This document shows positions 30,291 to 32,000 of a stretch of 32,000 nucleotides of DNA, in pieces; within the stretch, counting starts at the first letter, position 1; each line of letters starts with the position of its first letter. The position numbers and the translations under genes are program-made. The stretch covers positions 120,001 through 152,000 of the forward strand of contig NZ_CP195536.1 of the NCBI RefSeq assembly GCF_051307035.1, written 5' to 3'. Source of the stretch: Psychrobacter sp. DM4 (GTDB taxonomy: Bacteria > Pseudomonadota > Gammaproteobacteria > Pseudomonadales > Moraxellaceae). The notes beneath the pieces were generated by a model that was not told where the DNA came from, did not search any database, and worked only from the letters and a program-made list of their open reading frames with translations.

Positions 30291-30757
30291 GTAAGATTGC
30301 AGCTATGTTATATACAAAGCAGAGCATTATAATTTCATAGTATAGAAATACATTGGGTATAATAGAATGATACTAGATATTTAGTACATAAATACTTAGT
30401 ATTGAACAAACAAACTATGTCGGCCACTAACCCCATGTTAGGGTAGGTAGCACTATATAGTTAATACGTAAAAATGATGACACAAGCTAAAAAATAGGTG
30501 TCAAACAACAGGTAAATCATACACTAAATTGATGGTCTACTGGACTCACTAACATAGCTTTGCTTATGACTAACGGCAGTATATATAAAATAAGGTTGTG
30601 CGACGAGAGCATTAAGAAAACTGAGCATTCACAAATAAAGAGTAAAATAGCACAAGTTTGTAAATTACGATTGATATTGTGTTTTTATACTCTAGATACA
30701 GATTTATCACGCAAACCCTTACCTTTCATTCATTTATCTATCAAATAGACGGTTATT

Positions 30758-32000
30758 ATGAATAGTACAATCAAAGAAGCAGCGGACGCAGCTCATACCG
30801 AGCTTGCCGCTGATAATGCTAATTATATTGAAGCTCTTTATGAGCAGTTTTTGGACAATCCGGATAGCGTAGATAGCGATTGGCAGGAATACTTCAAACA
30901 GTATCAGTCGCCAAACGACGCCATGCACAATGCTATTCAAGATCAGTTCTTATTGCTGGCTCGCAACCAGACGGCCAATAAAGGTCGTGCATCATCAACG
31001 AGCATCACGACTAGTAATGTGGCGGATCGTGCTGATCCCAAGCAAATGGGCGTACAGCAACTGATATCGGCGTATCGTCGCCGTGGCCATCGCCGTGCCA
31101 ACTTAGATCCTTTAGGCTTGCATCCGCGTCCAGAAGTAGAAGACTTGACGCTTGCGTACCATAACTTATCAGAGGCAGACCTTGACACTGTCTATCCTAC
31201 TAGCGATCTAAATATCGATAAGAGTGAAGCGCCGCTACGTGAAATCATCGAGATCATGGAGCGTGTGTATTGTAGTTATATCGGTGTTGAGTACATGCAT
31301 GTGACTAGCAGTACCGAAAAACGCTGGATGGAAAAATATCTTGAGAGCAATCTAGGCTATATTGAGTTTGATAAAGAAAAGCGTTTAGCTATTTTAGAAC
31401 GCCTAACAGCTGCCGAAGGCTTAGAGAAATATTTGGCTCGCAAATATACGGGTGTTAAGCGTTTTGGTTTAGAGGGCGGTGAAAGCTTTATTCCTGCGAT
31501 AGACGAGATCATTCAGCGTGCTGGTGGCTACGGCACCAAAGAGATGGTTATCGGTATGGCGCACCGTGGACGCCTTAACCTATTGATCAACATCTTAGGC
31601 AAAAATCCTGCTGACCTGTTCGATGAGTTCGATGGCAAAGTACAGCCAGAAAAAGGCTCAGGCGACGTTAAGTACCATAATGGTTACTCGTCCAATGTAA
31701 TGACGCCTGGTGGTGAAGCGCATTTAGCACTAGCTTTCAATCCCTCGCATTTAGAAATCGTCGCGCCAGTACTACAAGGGTCAGTGCGAGCGCGTCAAGT
31801 TCGCCGTAATGATCAGCCAGGCTACGAGAACAAAAATGGCAATTCAGTACTGCCAATCGTTGTGCATGGTGACGCCGCTTTTGCTGGACAAGGCGTGGTA
31901 CAAGAAACCTTTCAGATGTCGCAAACGCGTGCTTACACCACAGGTGGTACAGTACACATTGTCATCAATAATCAAGTGGGCTTTACGACCAGTCGTCAAG
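30758..32000 (+). CDS. sucA: 2-oxoglutarate dehydrogenase E1 component, N-terminal part (runs off window end)
   Basis: This is not in the ORF track because no stop is reached. My translation from ATG 30758 gives MNSTIKEAADAAHTELAADNANYIEALYEQFLDNP...QLISAYRRRGHRRANLDPLG...RFGLEGGES...GMAHRGRLNLL...GDVKYHNGYS...HGDAAFAGQGVV... Confidence 0.95.
   Translation, partial: MNSTIKEAADAAHTELAADNANYIEALYEQFLDNPDSVDSDWQEYFKQYQSPNDAMHNAIQDQFLLLARNQTANKGRASSTSITTSNVADRADPKQMGVQQLISAYRRRGHRRANLDPLGLHPRPEVEDLTLAYHNLSEADLDTVYPTSDLNIDKSEAPLREIIEIMERVYCSYIGVEYMHVTSSTEKRWMEKYLESNLGYIEFDKEKRLAILERLTAAEGLEKYLARKYTGVKRFGLEGGESFIPAIDEIIQRAGGYGTKEMVIGMAHRGRLNLLINILGKNPADLFDEFDGKVQPEKGSGDVKYHNGYSSNVMTPGGEAHLALAFNPSHLEIVAPVLQGSVRARQVRRNDQPGYENKNGNSVLPIVVHGDAAFAGQGVVQETFQMSQTRAYTTGGTVHIVINNQVGFTTSRQ

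Overview
The window reads as ordinary chromosomal core genome from a moderately AT-rich gammaproteobacterium. Gene order and protein style suggest Moraxellaceae, possibly Psychrobacter-like, but that is inference only. It is almost fully explained by housekeeping genes: an ABC ATPase tail, an EEP-family protein, a broken quinone-oxidoreductase gene, ecsC-like, alkB-like, an alpha/beta hydrolase, an ABC exporter, a DMT-type transporter, class I aldolase, thiC with a clear TPP riboswitch, yggX, argH, algZ/fimS-like, algR, hemC, hemD, hemX, a thioesterase, ribBA, rarA, two uncharacterised genes, gltA, and divergent sdhCDAB followed by the start of sucA. I found no CRISPR array, tRNA/rRNA gene, IS element, integrase, toxin-antitoxin pair or recognisable defence or secretion island, so I cannot support the claim that a novel system is present. 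The observations most worth a second look are: (1) unusually long AT-rich spacers inside the sdhCDAB-sucA cluster, each holding a plus-strand small ORF that ends 0-10 nt before the next gene; (2) an HExxH-motif protein plus acidic lipoprotein pair between rarA and gltA; (3) 8-nt complementarity between the TPP aptamer core and sequence just 5' of the thiC ribosome-binding site; (4) a dehydrogenase gene with two in-frame stops; (5) an in-frame 18-bp tandem repeat in hemX; (6) twin palindromes in a divergent promoter region. All functional calls come from motif and family recognition by eye, since no database search was possible.
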